From Gemmatales bacterium (GTDB lineage Bacteria; Planctomycetota; Planctomycetia; Gemmatales; HRBIN36), in the NCBI GenBank assembly GCA_041640595.1, contig JBEPZY010000002.1, forward strand, positions 564,651 to 628,650: 64,000 nt of DNA. Reading direction: 5' to 3'. A program made the translations under genes and the position numbers. This document shows positions 10,394-20,700 of this stretch, piece by piece. The first letter of the stretch is position 1, and each line of letters begins with the position of its first letter. The notes below the pieces were generated by a model that was given only the letters and a program-made list of their open reading frames with translations, was not told where the DNA came from and searched no databases.

Positions 10394-11392
10394 GTGATTG
10401 CGCTGAGCCGGAAAAGCCTGCGTGTATATCGCGGGCACAGTCTGACCGAATTGCTGGTGGTGCTGGCGATCATCGGGCTGTTGCTGGCCCTGCTATTGCC
10501 GGCCGTGCAACGGGTACGGGAATCGGCGAATCGGGTACGCTGTGCCCAGCACTTGGCCCAGATCGGTCTGGCTTTCCATACCGCCCACCAGGATTATGGC
10601 GTGTTTCCCACCGGCGGAGCTGGATTTTATCGCACCTGGATAAATGGCCAACCTGCCGGGCCGATTGACCAGGATTGGAGTTGGGCTTACCAGATACTTC
10701 CGTACCTGGAGCAGGGAGCTTTGCATGCCACGCCGGGAGAGCCTCTGATCTGTTACGACACAACGCACCCATTACCGACCACGCCGATTCCGGTGTATTT
10801 CTGCCCGAGCCGACGCCGTCCCGGTCGGAAAAGTGATGGCCGAGCCGGGATTGATTATTTCGCCAATGGTGGCGTGAACGGGCCATTTGTGCCTCCGGGG
10901 CAATCCAGTAGTTACACCTCGCCTCCCTGGGGGGATTGGACTGCGAGCGGAGCGGTAATTCGTTGCGGCCCTGCCTACCCGCCGGCCTGGCGTGAGCGCC
11001 GCGGTGTCAGTCTGGAGAACGGTTTGCCAGACGGCACCAGCTGCACCTTGCTGATTTCGGAGAAAAGCTTTCATGCGGGCCTGGTGGGTCAGAGTGCCAA
11101 CTGGTACGACAACGAGTCCTATGTCGGTGCCTGGCATAACAATCACTGGCCCGATACCGTCGGCACAGCCGCTCTCGCACCGGCACAGGATACACGCACC
11201 GACCCGCCCACAGCCGATTATCCCGATGGCAGCAAGCTCTACCGCTTCGGTTCGGCACACCCCGGAAGCATGAATGCGGTGTTCGCCGATGGTTCGTTGC
11301 GGCCAATCCGGTACAGCATCCCGCTGGCCGTTTTCCAATCCCTGGCCGTGCGGGATGACGGTGCGATTGTCGCTGCCCACTGGCGGGACTAA
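10394..11392 (+). CDS. DUF1559 prepilin-type protein (N-terminal cleavage/methylation domain, H-X9-DG)
   Basis: SLTELLVVLAIIGLLLALLLPAVQRVRE, SWAYQILPYLEQ, DGTS and SAHPGSMNAVFADGS motifs. Confidence 0.93.
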   Translation: MIALSRKSLRVYRGHSLTELLVVLAIIGLLLALLLPAVQRVRESANRVRCAQHLAQIGLAFHTAHQDYGVFPTGGAGFYRTWINGQPAGPIDQDWSWAYQILPYLEQGALHATPGEPLICYDTTHPLPTTPIPVYFCPSRRRPGRKSDGRAGIDYFANGGVNGPFVPPGQSSSYTSPPWGDWTASGAVIRCGPAYPPAWRERRGVSLENGLPDGTSCTLLISEKSFHAGLVGQSANWYDNESYVGAWHNNHWPDTVGTAALAPAQDTRTDPPTADYPDGSKLYRFGSAHPGSMNAVFADGSLRPIRYSIPLAVFQSLAVRDDGAIVAAHWRD

Positions 11393-11645
11393 CGGCGTTT
11401 AATTGCAACAGCAGTTCGCCGCTTACAGTTCTGCCAGCGAAAACCCCTGCGATTTGGCCCAGTTTTATTGCAACAGCGGTTCGCTGCTTGCGCCCAGCTG
11501 GCCGAATCGGATCGTCAAGCAAGCACCGCCACCGTTCCCCACTAACGGCTCCGAAAATCTCATTGTCAGCAGGCGAATTGGTGGGTACACTGGAATTGGA
11601 CAAATTTATTTCTGGACCGGTCGCTCAGGGAACGGGTTATTCACT

Positions 11646-12329
11646 ATGGAAGCCTTCCTGAATTTCGTACGCGACCACTGGCATTTTGCGATCATCATGT
11701 TCGGCATGTCCTTCGCGGCAGTGGTGCTGCTGATCTGGCGCATCCTGCTCAACATCCACAGCAAGACGGACATGGACAAATTCCTGCCACTGTTGCAGGA
11801 GGCGTTGAACAAAGGCGGAATCGAGGCGGCCTTGAAGTTGTGCAAAGCCCAGCCCAAAAGCCAGGTGATTCCGACCCGGCTTTTTGTCGCCGGACTGGAA
11901 AACGCCAGGCAAGGCACTGCGGCGATGCGACGGGCAATGGCTGCCGCAATCGAGCTGGATATTTTGCCACGGCTCAACTTCCTGCTGCCCCCAATCCTGG
12001 CCATCGGCAAAATCGCCACCATGGTTGGTTTGCTGGGGACAGTGCTCAGCATGATCGGCACATTCCAGACGCTGGCCCAATCCAGCGAGGGTCAGGCAGC
12101 TATGTCGCATGCGACGCGGGAAATCGGCCTGGCCCTATTTGCTACCGCACTCGGTCTGCTGACGGCCATTCCGTTGGTGTTTGCTTACGTGCTGTTCAAA
12201 GCCTGGGTGCAGAATTTCGAGACGCAGATGAAAGCCCACGCCCAGAAACTCATCTTGCTCGTGCAGGCTTACAAACAGGGGAAGCCCGCTCGACCCGATG
12301 CCCGCTCGGCCACACCGACTACGGTCTAA
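11646..12329 (+). CDS. exbB: MotA/TolQ/ExbB proton channel protein
   Basis: ATMVGLLGTVLSMI and IGLALFATALGLLTAIP transmembrane motifs. Confidence 0.9.
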   Translation: MEAFLNFVRDHWHFAIIMFGMSFAAVVLLIWRILLNIHSKTDMDKFLPLLQEALNKGGIEAALKLCKAQPKSQVIPTRLFVAGLENARQGTAAMRRAMAAAIELDILPRLNFLLPPILAIGKIATMVGLLGTVLSMIGTFQTLAQSSEGQAAMSHATREIGLALFATALGLLTAIPLVFAYVLFKAWVQNFETQMKAHAQKLILLVQAYKQGKPARPDARSATPTTV

Positions 12330-12436
12330 AACGGCAATTATGTTGCATCTGGCCAGCAAGACCTGCGTAACGATTCCGGACACAAGATGCCCGATCTAGA
12401 CGCTGCGGTGTTGACGGAGCCGGAAAGGACACAACC

Positions 12437-13156
12437 ATGAGCACGGCAGCAGAAACCTGGGACCTCTGGCTGACCGCCGATCGCACGGTGTATCCAGCCG
12501 TGCCTTATAGCGTCGTCTGCGATTGGATCGTGGACGGTCGGTTGTTGCCCGAGGATCGGGCCAGGCCGTCGGGAAGCGGCTCAGCTGCCTGGTTACCGTT
12601 GCCGCGGTACGAATGGTTCGCGCCTTACTTCGCCGCCCAGGCTTCCCCGACCACCGCTGAAGATGCCGCCGAAGCTCACGAGGCTGTCGAACTTGGCCTG
12701 GACAGAAAGAAGCACGACGAAGAAGAAAGCGAAGTGGATTTGGTGCCGCTTATTGACATCAGCATGGTGCTGCTGATTTTCTTCACCATGATGCGGCTGA
12801 TGAATGCGGCTGGTGGTGGCCCATCGCGTGCAGCGATCCCCACGCCCGAAGCGGAAAACGGTTATGTCCTCGAAAAGGCCGAGATGATTTCCATCGGTCT
12901 GAACCTCGACGAGAAAACACAGTTGCTGCAATACTACGTCAACGAGGAGCCGGTTAATCCCAACACCGAGGAACAGATGCTTTACCAGCTACGCTTGCTT
13001 TTGGAAAAGCAGCCGGGCGAGCCTCGCGTCATTCTCCGCGCTCATCAGGACATTCCTACCGAGACGGTCAAAGCCATTCTGGCTCGTTTGCAGGAGCACG
13101 GGATTAAAACCATAGCCGGAGAAGTCCGCGATAAATATCGCAAGGCACAACCATGA
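12437..13156 (+). CDS. exbD: ExbD/TolR protein with N-terminal GYF_2-like domain
   Basis: VDLVPLIDISMVLLIFF TM motif with the conserved Asp; VILRAH periplasmic motif; ~100 aa Trp-patterned N-extension. Confidence 0.85.
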   Translation: MSTAAETWDLWLTADRTVYPAVPYSVVCDWIVDGRLLPEDRARPSGSGSAAWLPLPRYEWFAPYFAAQASPTTAEDAAEAHEAVELGLDRKKHDEEESEVDLVPLIDISMVLLIFFTMMRLMNAAGGGPSRAAIPTPEAENGYVLEKAEMISIGLNLDEKTQLLQYYVNEEPVNPNTEEQMLYQLRLLLEKQPGEPRVILRAHQDIPTETVKAILARLQEHGIKTIAGEVRDKYRKAQP

Positions 13157-13773
13157 CCTGGCAGGTACGTCATGCCGGTTCGCCAAGCAGCGTAACGCTT
13201 TCCACCGCCGCGCTGGTCGAAGCCCTGCGCGATGGCGTGTACGAGACCAGCGACGAAATCTTCGACCTTCAGGAACGGTGCTGGATTCCCATCGAGGAAC
13301 ATCCGGAATTCGCCGAACTGGTGGAGGAACTCGATTCCCTGGGCGAAAGTCATCACGAGGAAGAAGACGCCAGCCCGGACATGGTGCCACTCATTGATGT
13401 TTGCCAGGTGCTGCTGGTGTTTTTCATCTTGACCATGACGTATCTGGAGCTGAGCAAGGCGTTGATGCTGCCCCAGGTGCCCACGGACACGCCGGAAGCT
13501 ATTCCTCGCGTCAGTCGGCAACAGATTGCCCAGACGATGATCATCGTTCGCGCTGAGCGGCAGGCAGGGCAGGATCGCGTGTTTGTGGATGGCGAGGAAG
13601 TGCCGATCAGCGAACTGGCGAACGTATTGGCTCGCGTTGCCCGCCAGACTCGCAAAAACGAAATCCTGCTGCAAGACCGCGGCGTGAGTTGGGGCACTAC
13701 CGTCAAGATCATTGATGCCGCCACCGGGGCCAATATCCGTAAAGTCCATTTCACCGCATCCAGCGGGCCGTAA
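13153..13773 (+). CDS. exbD: Second ExbD/TolR protein with N-terminal GYF_2-like domain
   Basis: DMVPLIDVCQVLLVFF motif and DRGVSWGTTVKIIDAA; ATGA overlap with the previous gene. Confidence 0.85.
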   Translation: MTWQVRHAGSPSSVTLSTAALVEALRDGVYETSDEIFDLQERCWIPIEEHPEFAELVEELDSLGESHHEEEDASPDMVPLIDVCQVLLVFFILTMTYLELSKALMLPQVPTDTPEAIPRVSRQQIAQTMIIVRAERQAGQDRVFVDGEEVPISELANVLARVARQTRKNEILLQDRGVSWGTTVKIIDAATGANIRKVHFTASSGP

Positions 13774-14031
13774 GTAGCGTCTCGCGCTTGCACAACGGCC
13801 TGACGTCCGCCGCTGCTGCGACTGCGTGTGTTCGTGCCAACAAGGTACGCGTGTTCGCGCTGACCATATCGCCAAGTCGGTCCGTATGAACGTCGTGCAA
13901 CCGGAAGCGGCTGGTTGAGCCAATCGTAGAAAGCTGACGCCGTTGCAATTGCATTACCGACGACGGCGGGCTAGCGCGGCTTCGGTACCTCACCAGTGTA
14001 GCACGCCTCTACCGTTTGCGATTATGCTCTC

Positions 14032-14062
14032 AAACCACGGCGGGCTAACGCCCGCCGCTCCT
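14032..14062 (+). repeat. REP-like palindrome CCACGGCGGGCTAACGCCCGCCGCTC
   Basis: Perfect GC stem; related copies at 38.7-39.0 kb. Confidence 0.75.
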
Positions 14063-14476
14063 GGCAGAGCCGTTGACGGAACTCACCGCATCCCGCACAC
14101 TAAATGACGATCCCCGCCACCAACACTGGCGAGCTTACGCTTTCCTGTCTCGCCGCAGATCGCCCGCCTGGAGAACTTCGCCTGCTTGCTGAACGCCAGC
14201 ATTCCAGTGAACATTGGTGCAAAAATCGTGGCCAGGGACACGCTTCCAGTTCAGGAGAACCGCATGCCGGCAGCACTACCATCGGAGCATGAAAACGCGG
14301 CAACGGACAAACACGCAAACGCCGGGAGCGGCGTGGCTCCGCGCGAAGGAGATGGGATTCCGGATTCGTTTCCCGCTGCTTCAACTCGACCCGGCTGCCG
14401 ATGTCGGCTTCCCGGTTCGGATGCGTTTCCGCAGCCCGTTTTTCCCGTGCTCTACCGAAACGAAGATGCCAGGCGA

Positions 14477-17308
14477 ATGGCAGGTTCCGCAGTAGCATTG
14501 TGGGCCAGTGTCATCATGCTGGCACTGATTGGACTGGCCAGTTCCGCGGCGCAAAACCCCGCCAAACCGTCGCCGACACGGGAGCTGGCCGGCCACACCG
14601 AACTGGTGTATCAGCTGGCGTGGAGTCCGGATGGGCGAATGCTCGCCAGTGCCGGTTTTGACGGCAAGATACTGCTGTGGGATGTGGAAGGTGGCAAAGT
14701 GCTCCGTACCTTCGACCCGCCGGAATCATCTACCCGGACGGTGCTCGGACTGCACGTTGCGTTCAATCCGAACGGCCAACTCCTGGCGGGCAGCTATTCG
14801 ATCAATCACGTGCGGCTGTGGGATGTGCCCATCTCTTCGCCCATACGCAGCCTGGAGGGAGCCGCTGAACCGCTCTTCGCCCTGACCGTTTCGCCAGACG
14901 GAAACCGTCTCGCCGCGGCTGGGCAGGACCGAACTATTCGCATCTGGAATATCGCCGACGGCAAAGTCATTACGACGTGTGCAGGCCATACGGCAACGGT
15001 GACCGGATTGGCGTTCAGCGGCAATGGTCAGTTCCTGGCCAGTATCAGCGAAGACCAAACCTTGCGGGTCTGGAACACCGCGGATGGCAAACCGCTGGCT
15101 GTGCTCGGTGCTCATACCAGCCGCCCGAATGCGGTCGCGTTCCACGTCAACAATCAGGCGATTTACACAGCGGATGCGGAGGGCGTGCTGAAGTTGTGGA
15201 CCTGGCCAGTTCCTCCGTCGCGGATGGTTCCGGCTGCGGAAGGAGTGATCCAGGCAACGGCAGCACTGGATGGCAGCCGGGTGGTCGTAATCGGCAACGA
15301 TCGTGTTCCGCGTGTCTGGAATGCCGGTTCTGCGCAAATGGAATTCGCCTTGCCGGCACTGCCACAGACCCCGCGAGCAATCGCCTGGAGTCCGAAGGGA
15401 ACGCATCTGGCGATTGCCCTGGCCGATCGCAATTGCCGCATCTTCGATTTGTCGTCGAGGAAGGAAATCGCGGTTCACGACAAACTGCCGGCCGACATCG
15501 CCGCAATAGCCATTTCGCCTGATGGCGGGCAGCTATTGCTTGGTCTGGCCGATGGTTCAGTACATCAGCACCAGCTCGCCGATGGCAAACCGCTACGCTC
15601 CTGGCTAGCGCATCCGGGCGGTGTGCTCGCGGTGCAGTATTTGCCGAATACCCAGATCGTCAGCGTGGGTGCTGATAAGACCCTGCAACTCTGGTCTGCC
15701 GATGGCAAAAGCCAGCGGAAGATCGAAATCGCTGACACTCCGATGTCACTGGCTGTGAGCCGCGATGGTAACCGTGTAGCGGTCGGTCTGGCGAAAGCGG
15801 TGCGGTGGTGGAATCTTGCCGACGCCAAAGAAATGCCCAGCCTGACGCAACACGCCGCAGCGATCGCCACGCAATTCTCCGGCGATGGTACCCGTCTGGC
15901 GGTGGGACACGCTGACGGGCGATGTGTTGTCTGGGACCTGAACAGTGCTCGCCCGCTGCAATTTTTCTCGCTCGACGGTGCCGTGCGGCAGCTGGCATGG
16001 ATGGGTAACAATCCGACCGTGCTGGCCAGCACCGAAAAGACGGCACTGGCGGTTCTAGGTCTGGCCAATGTGCGACTGGTGCCGGCTCATGCCCAGGCGA
16101 TTCATGCGTTCGCCCTGACACCGAACCTCAGCCACGCTCTCACCGCGAGTGCCGATGGTACCGTGCGTTTCGTCAATCTCGCCAACGGTGCACTCGAACG
16201 CCAGCACGCCACGCCGCACGGCGCGGTTACCGCAATCACCATCGCTCGCAATACGGCGTACTTTGCCACCGCCGGAACCGACAAATCGCTGCGTTTCTGG
16301 AACTTTGCAGATGGCAAAGAGCTGAAAACTCTCCCAATGCCGGCGGTGGTACGTGCACTGGCGATTTCGCCGAACAATGCCGTGCTGTTGGCGGCTCTGG
16401 AAAACGGTCAGGTACAGGCTCTCGATGTTACCTGGCAACCTGGTCAGCCGCTGCCCGCTGGTTTTGCCAGCGTGTTGCAGCAATACCAGCAACCGCCCAG
16501 CACAGCTCCGGCCATCGCGTTTCATCCCACCGACAATGCGGTCTGGTTCAGCGTCAGCGGAGACAGATTGCCGCGTATCTGGCGGATTGCCTCTGTCCAG
16601 CCGGTGCGGCTTTTGCAGGGCCATGTCCAAATGGTGGACGCAGTGGCTTTCGGTCCCGATGGTCAGCAACTGGCCACGGTGAGCCACGATGGTACGCTGC
16701 GCTTCTGGGAAACTGCCAGCGGTAAGCTCTTGCGAACAGTCAACCTGGCGGTGCAACCGCAACCGCAGCCGCTCTATGCTGTCGTCTGGACACCCGATGG
16801 CAAACAGGTACTGGCGACTGGCTTGAATCGCAAAATCTGGCTGGTGGATGCGGCCAGCGGCAATATCGTCCGCGAGTTCCGTGGCTACGACGAAAAGGAA
16901 TTTCCGCGCGGTCATCGCGACAGCGTTTTCACCCTGGCGGTGTTGCCCGGAGCTTCGCAATTTCTCAGCGCTGGTGCCGACGGACAGATCAAGCTCTGGG
17001 ATATAAGCAACGGTCAGGTCGTGCACGATTTCACCGACCCCGAGGTGCCGACGAAAGGTTCTTCCTGGCCGAGAGCCCACGCCGATTTCGTGAGCCAGAT
17101 TCGTTTGTCCCCGGATGGCAAATACCTGCTCAGCGTGGGTAGCGGTGGCTGGGTCAAAATCTGGAAGCTGGAAACCCGCCAGCCGGTCTATCGGCAGCAA
17201 ATAGGCCAAACCTGTTATGCGGGGGTCTGGTCGCCGGATGCCAAACAGCTGGCGATCAGCACGCACGATGGCCGAGTGTTGCTCCTATCCACTCCGCCCT
17301 TGCCATAA
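14477..17308 (+). CDS. Large secreted WD40-repeat (multi beta-propeller) protein
   Basis: Hydrophobic signal ending ASSA/AQN; many GH...SPDG...WD/WN repeats; start 14477 chosen over the ORF-track start 14186. Confidence 0.9.
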   Translation: MAGSAVALWASVIMLALIGLASSAAQNPAKPSPTRELAGHTELVYQLAWSPDGRMLASAGFDGKILLWDVEGGKVLRTFDPPESSTRTVLGLHVAFNPNGQLLAGSYSINHVRLWDVPISSPIRSLEGAAEPLFALTVSPDGNRLAAAGQDRTIRIWNIADGKVITTCAGHTATVTGLAFSGNGQFLASISEDQTLRVWNTADGKPLAVLGAHTSRPNAVAFHVNNQAIYTADAEGVLKLWTWPVPPSRMVPAAEGVIQATAALDGSRVVVIGNDRVPRVWNAGSAQMEFALPALPQTPRAIAWSPKGTHLAIALADRNCRIFDLSSRKEIAVHDKLPADIAAIAISPDGGQLLLGLADGSVHQHQLADGKPLRSWLAHPGGVLAVQYLPNTQIVSVGADKTLQLWSADGKSQRKIEIADTPMSLAVSRDGNRVAVGLAKAVRWWNLADAKEMPSLTQHAAAIATQFSGDGTRLAVGHADGRCVVWDLNSARPLQFFSLDGAVRQLAWMGNNPTVLASTEKTALAVLGLANVRLVPAHAQAIHAFALTPNLSHALTASADGTVRFVNLANGALERQHATPHGAVTAITIARNTAYFATAGTDKSLRFWNFADGKELKTLPMPAVVRALAISPNNAVLLAALENGQVQALDVTWQPGQPLPAGFASVLQQYQQPPSTAPAIAFHPTDNAVWFSVSGDRLPRIWRIASVQPVRLLQGHVQMVDAVAFGPDGQQLATVSHDGTLRFWETASGKLLRTVNLAVQPQPQPLYAVVWTPDGKQVLATGLNRKIWLVDAASGNIVREFRGYDEKEFPRGHRDSVFTLAVLPGASQFLSAGADGQIKLWDISNGQVVHDFTDPEVPTKGSSWPRAHADFVSQIRLSPDGKYLLSVGSGGWVKIWKLETRQPVYRQQIGQTCYAGVWSPDAKQLAISTHDGRVLLLSTPPLP

Positions 17309-17482
17309 TCCATTCCGAATATCCGCTGCCTGTTTGGGCGATGGGAAATAAAATACATTGGGTGCAAATCGCAGCACGTATTGGGATGCGGTCAGGAGTG
17401 CTGAAAGACTCGGCCAGGCAACTCTTCCCAGCCGGAGCACAAACGGATGGCCCTTCCCAGATGCTGAAAGTGAGGTGTCATC

Positions 17483-17965
17483 ATGGCCACGACGGTACGC
17501 GAATTTTCGGTGTTTCTCGAAAACAAGCCCGGACGCATGGCTCAGGTTTGCACTGCCATCTCCCAGGAGAAAGTCAACATCACCGCCCTGGCCGTTACCG
17601 AACGCAAAGAACGCAGCGCACTGCGTCTGGTCACCGAGGACGCGAACAAAACCCGCCAGGTGCTCAAAAACCTCAACCTCCCTTTCGACGAACATGACGT
17701 GCTGCTGGTCGAAATGCGTAATCAGCCGGGAGCGGTTGCCCAGGTCTGTGAGGCTCTCGCTGAAGAACACATCAACATCGAGTACGCTTATTGCAGTGCC
17801 GGCGCGAAAAACGGTAAAGCGATCGGCATCTTCCGTGTCTCCAACCTGCCGAAAGCCCTGAAGGCGCTGGCAGACAATTCCGTCCGCCTCAAGCGCAAGG
17901 CTCACGGTGCCCGCGGCTGGGTCAACTCACCGCGACGCGGACCGGCTGCACCGGTGGTAGAATAG
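17483..17965 (+). CDS. Tandem ACT-domain protein
   Basis: SVFLENKPGRMA and NQPGAVAQVCEALAEEHINIEYAY; RBS GAGGTG. Confidence 0.9.
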   Translation: MATTVREFSVFLENKPGRMAQVCTAISQEKVNITALAVTERKERSALRLVTEDANKTRQVLKNLNLPFDEHDVLLVEMRNQPGAVAQVCEALAEEHINIEYAYCSAGAKNGKAIGIFRVSNLPKALKALADNSVRLKRKAHGARGWVNSPRRGPAAPVVE

Positions 17966-18076
17966 CAGGCCCGGCCTCCAGTCTCAGTTGCTGCAGGAAC
18001 CAGCGTGTCCGCGCCCTGTCGGGTTCGACGCCAGCCCGGCGCTTTGTGGAAGCTAGATGCGGGTCGCCGGCAAACG

Positions 18077-19219
18077 CTAGCCCACTTCGACCCATTGCCC
18101 GGTGCGACCACTTTCGAGAACCGCATCGCAAACCTTCTGCGTCTGCAAAGCGGTGCGGAAAGTGGGTTCGGCCAGCTCACCTTTGCCCAGAGCCGTCAGG
18201 AAGTCCGCCACCTGATGGATGAAAGTGTGTTCGTAGCCAATCTGCAAACCGGGCACCCACCACCTGTCCATGTACGGATGTTCGCCGCCGTGATCGGTCA
18301 CGTGAATCGAACGCCAGCCGCGAAGTTTGCCTTCATCGCGATGGTCGAAATAAGACAGCCGGTGCAGGTCGTGCAAATTCCAGGCAATGGAAGCATGTTC
18401 GCCATTGATCTCGAACGTGTATAGCGCTTTGTGACCGCGAGCATAGCGGGTAGATTCAAACACCGCGAGCGACCCGTTGGCAAAGCGGGCCAGAAAAGCG
18501 CAGGCGTCGTCAATCCCCACCGGTTCCACTTTGCCGGTCAGTGTGTGTTTGCGCTGTTTGACGAAAGTCTCCGTCATGGCCGAGACGCGGGTGATCGGGC
18601 CATTGAGCCATAGCGCTGTGTCAATGCAATGCGCGAGCAGATCGCCGGTCACCCCACTGCCCGCCGCCTGCACATCCAGCCGCCATAACGCTGTGCCTCC
18701 CTGCGGCACTTCGGGATTGATCGTCCAGTCCTGCAAGAACTGAGCCCGATAATGGAAAATCCGACCGAGCCGACCTTCCTCGATGAGCCGTTTCGCCAGC
18801 GTTACCGCAGGCACACGCCGGTAGTTGTACCAGACCATATTGGCCACGCCCGCTTTTTCCACGGCCTCGACCATCCGCTGCCCTTCGGCGGCGTTCATGG
18901 CCAGCGGCTTCTCGCACAACACCATCTTGCCGGCCTCGGCTGCGGCAATCGCTATCTCCGCGTGCAGGTTGTTCGGGACACAGATGTCCACCAGGTCTAT
19001 ATCCGGCCGTTCGATCAACTTCCGCCAATCGGTCTCGAGAGATTCGTAGCCCCATTGCTCGGCAAACGCTTTCAACTTTTCCACGTTCCGCGCACACGCC
19101 GCTTTCAGCACCGGTCGAAACGGCACGTCGAAAAAGTGGTTCACCTGACAGTATGCATTCGAATGCGCACGCCCCATAAAGCCGTAGCCAATCATCCCCA
19201 CATTCAGCACTTTCGCCAT
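18077..19219 (-). CDS. Gfo/Idh/MocA oxidoreductase
   Basis: GYGFMG Rossmann motif, [16 protein letters not shown]. Confidence 0.93.
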   Translation of the reverse strand: MAKVLNVGMIGYGFMGRAHSNAYCQVNHFFDVPFRPVLKAACARNVEKLKAFAEQWGYESLETDWRKLIERPDIDLVDICVPNNLHAEIAIAAAEAGKMVLCEKPLAMNAAEGQRMVEAVEKAGVANMVWYNYRRVPAVTLAKRLIEEGRLGRIFHYRAQFLQDWTINPEVPQGGTALWRLDVQAAGSGVTGDLLAHCIDTALWLNGPITRVSAMTETFVKQRKHTLTGKVEPVGIDDACAFLARFANGSLAVFESTRYARGHKALYTFEINGEHASIAWNLHDLHRLSYFDHRDEGKLRGWRSIHVTDHGGEHPYMDRWWVPGLQIGYEHTFIHQVADFLTALGKGELAEPTFRTALQTQKVCDAVLESGRTGQWVEVG

Positions 19220-19631
19220 GTCCGCTTCTCCTGATGGCTTCCAGAAAGGCTAGATTTCGGTGCTCATGACGCACCTTCTTTTGCGGCAACGCTTCAGACG
19301 AGAATCGCCCAGCAGCGATTCCTGTTCGGTCTCCTTCCTGGCAAACATTATGGCAACTGCCAATGCGATCGGCAAAATTAACCGCCGCGACCCTTAGGCT
19401 GACGAGTGCTAATTTCCCGACCTGTGAGCGTCTCGCTCTGGCCCATAAGCAGCCATTTGTTCCTGACGTGCATTGAAATCCTGGCGATTGCTTATGCTCG
19501 CAGACTTGCCGACCAGTTCACCAGCTAATCGTACCGCGTTACCCCGACGGTTTCGCATCCGCTAAAATCTTTTCTGCCCCTGGACGAGATCCCGAATGCC
19601 CTGGTGAGGCCTTTTATGGTTTCGCGTTCAC

Positions 19632-19680
19632 AAAAAATTTTTTCGCCCCTCTTGACGCTTCCCTGGCCGCCGGATAAGCT
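19632..19680 (+). promoter_or_regulatory. Sigma70-like promoter with A/T-rich UP element
   Basis: TTGACG (19652-57), 17 bp spacer, TAAGCT (19675-80); AAAAAATTTTTT at 19632-43. Confidence 0.65.
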
Positions 19681-19782
19681 ACCTGTAGCGGGATAGAGTT
19701 GAGGAGGACAAACCGGAATAGAGTTGAGGCGCGGCGGAACCAGTACCATTTCTCAGGGGTCTTTCCAGAAAGGAGGTGTGTC

Positions 19783-19949
19783 ATGCGGAAGCTGAAGACA
19801 CACACACACACAGGGGTATTTTGCGCTCTGCTTTAGACCTGTGTGTGGGCTGGCTGCACCGTCCGGCCAGGTCTCGTCCACGTCAGCCTGAACCCGCCCG
19901 ATTGCAGTTCGACTTGTTGGAGGACAGAACCGTGAAATGGGTGCCATAG
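19783..19949 (+). pseudogene. Frameshifted and truncated planctomycete exported-protein leader containing a (CA)7 tract
   Basis: RBS AGGAGG (19771-76) and ATG 19783; stops at 19836 as written; with (CA)6 it reads ...RPARSRPRQPEPARLQFDLLEDRTVKWVP*. Confidence 0.6.
19798..19812 (+). repeat. Dinucleotide simple sequence repeat A(CA)7
   Basis: Seen directly, 15 nt after an RBS-led ATG. Confidence 0.95.
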
Positions 19950-19984
19950 GTCAAACTGCGGGGGCAGAATAGGAGGAGATCAAC

Positions 19985-20458
19985 ATGCGATATCTGGCCG
20001 TGATCCTAACTCTTGCACTAAGCATCCCGTTACTTGCTTGCCTTGGGCAGGATAGACGCACCGAACAGGAGCAAAAACTCCTTCGCCGGCTACAAGGGCT
20101 ATGGCGTTTGACGGAAGCGGCGGGGAAAAGACCCGACGGTAAAGTCGACAAGACCGCTTTCGCCAAAGGGCCAATCTGGATGATTCACAAGAACTTTCTG
20201 TACTTTCATGATGACTATGGCAATCCACGCTCCATTCGGCTCGAAATTGACGCCTCGAGCGAACCTGTCAGGGTGGACCTGATCGAGCAGCCAGACTTAG
20301 AAAAACCGGCGTTTTGTCTGCTAGGCATTCTTTCGCTGGAGAAAGACCGACTATACATATGCTATCATCATAAATTGCGCCCTCAGAGCTTCGACCTGAA
20401 GGATGAGGCTGACTTCACCCGAATGTGGATTTTCGAGAGATTCAAAGAGCAGGATTAG
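19985..20458 (+). CDS. TIGR03067-domain exported protein (copy 1)
   Basis: Signal peptide, LQGLWRL, IDASSEPVRVDL, GILSLEKDRLYICY and RPQSF; RBS GGAGGAG. Confidence 0.8.
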   Translation: MRYLAVILTLALSIPLLACLGQDRRTEQEQKLLRRLQGLWRLTEAAGKRPDGKVDKTAFAKGPIWMIHKNFLYFHDDYGNPRSIRLEIDASSEPVRVDLIEQPDLEKPAFCLLGILSLEKDRLYICYHHKLRPQSFDLKDEADFTRMWIFERFKEQD

Positions 20459-20700
20459 TTGAATGCCACACATGAGTGGGGAAAGACTGCCTGAACTGCA
20501 ATTCGATCAACAACGCGTGTTTCGAGACGTGGGCCCATCGGGATATCCCTGTCCGGTTTTAGCCGGACTTAGAAAGAGCGAGTTGTCAGGCCACGGAGGC
20601 ACTGGGACCGTCAGCCGATCAAATCGGTGAAGTCAATGCTGCTCATGAAAAGAATCAGCATTTCTGATCACCGTCGGGCCAAGTGTGGGAGGAGATAGCT

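Noticed and set aside
14186..14476. N-terminal extension of the WD40 ORF (also those of uvsE, exbB, folP and the epimerase)
   Set aside because: Artefacts of longest-ORF calling; signal peptides and family motifs begin downstream.
19404..19412. GAGTGCTAA, the right half of a CIRCE element
   Set aside because: The left arm TTAGCACTC is absent and no chaperone gene is adjacent.
20472..20630. Short ORF MSGERLPELQFD..., echoing 'RLQFD' of the export leader
   Set aside because: The similarity is too short, with no LExR motif or RBS; likely chance.
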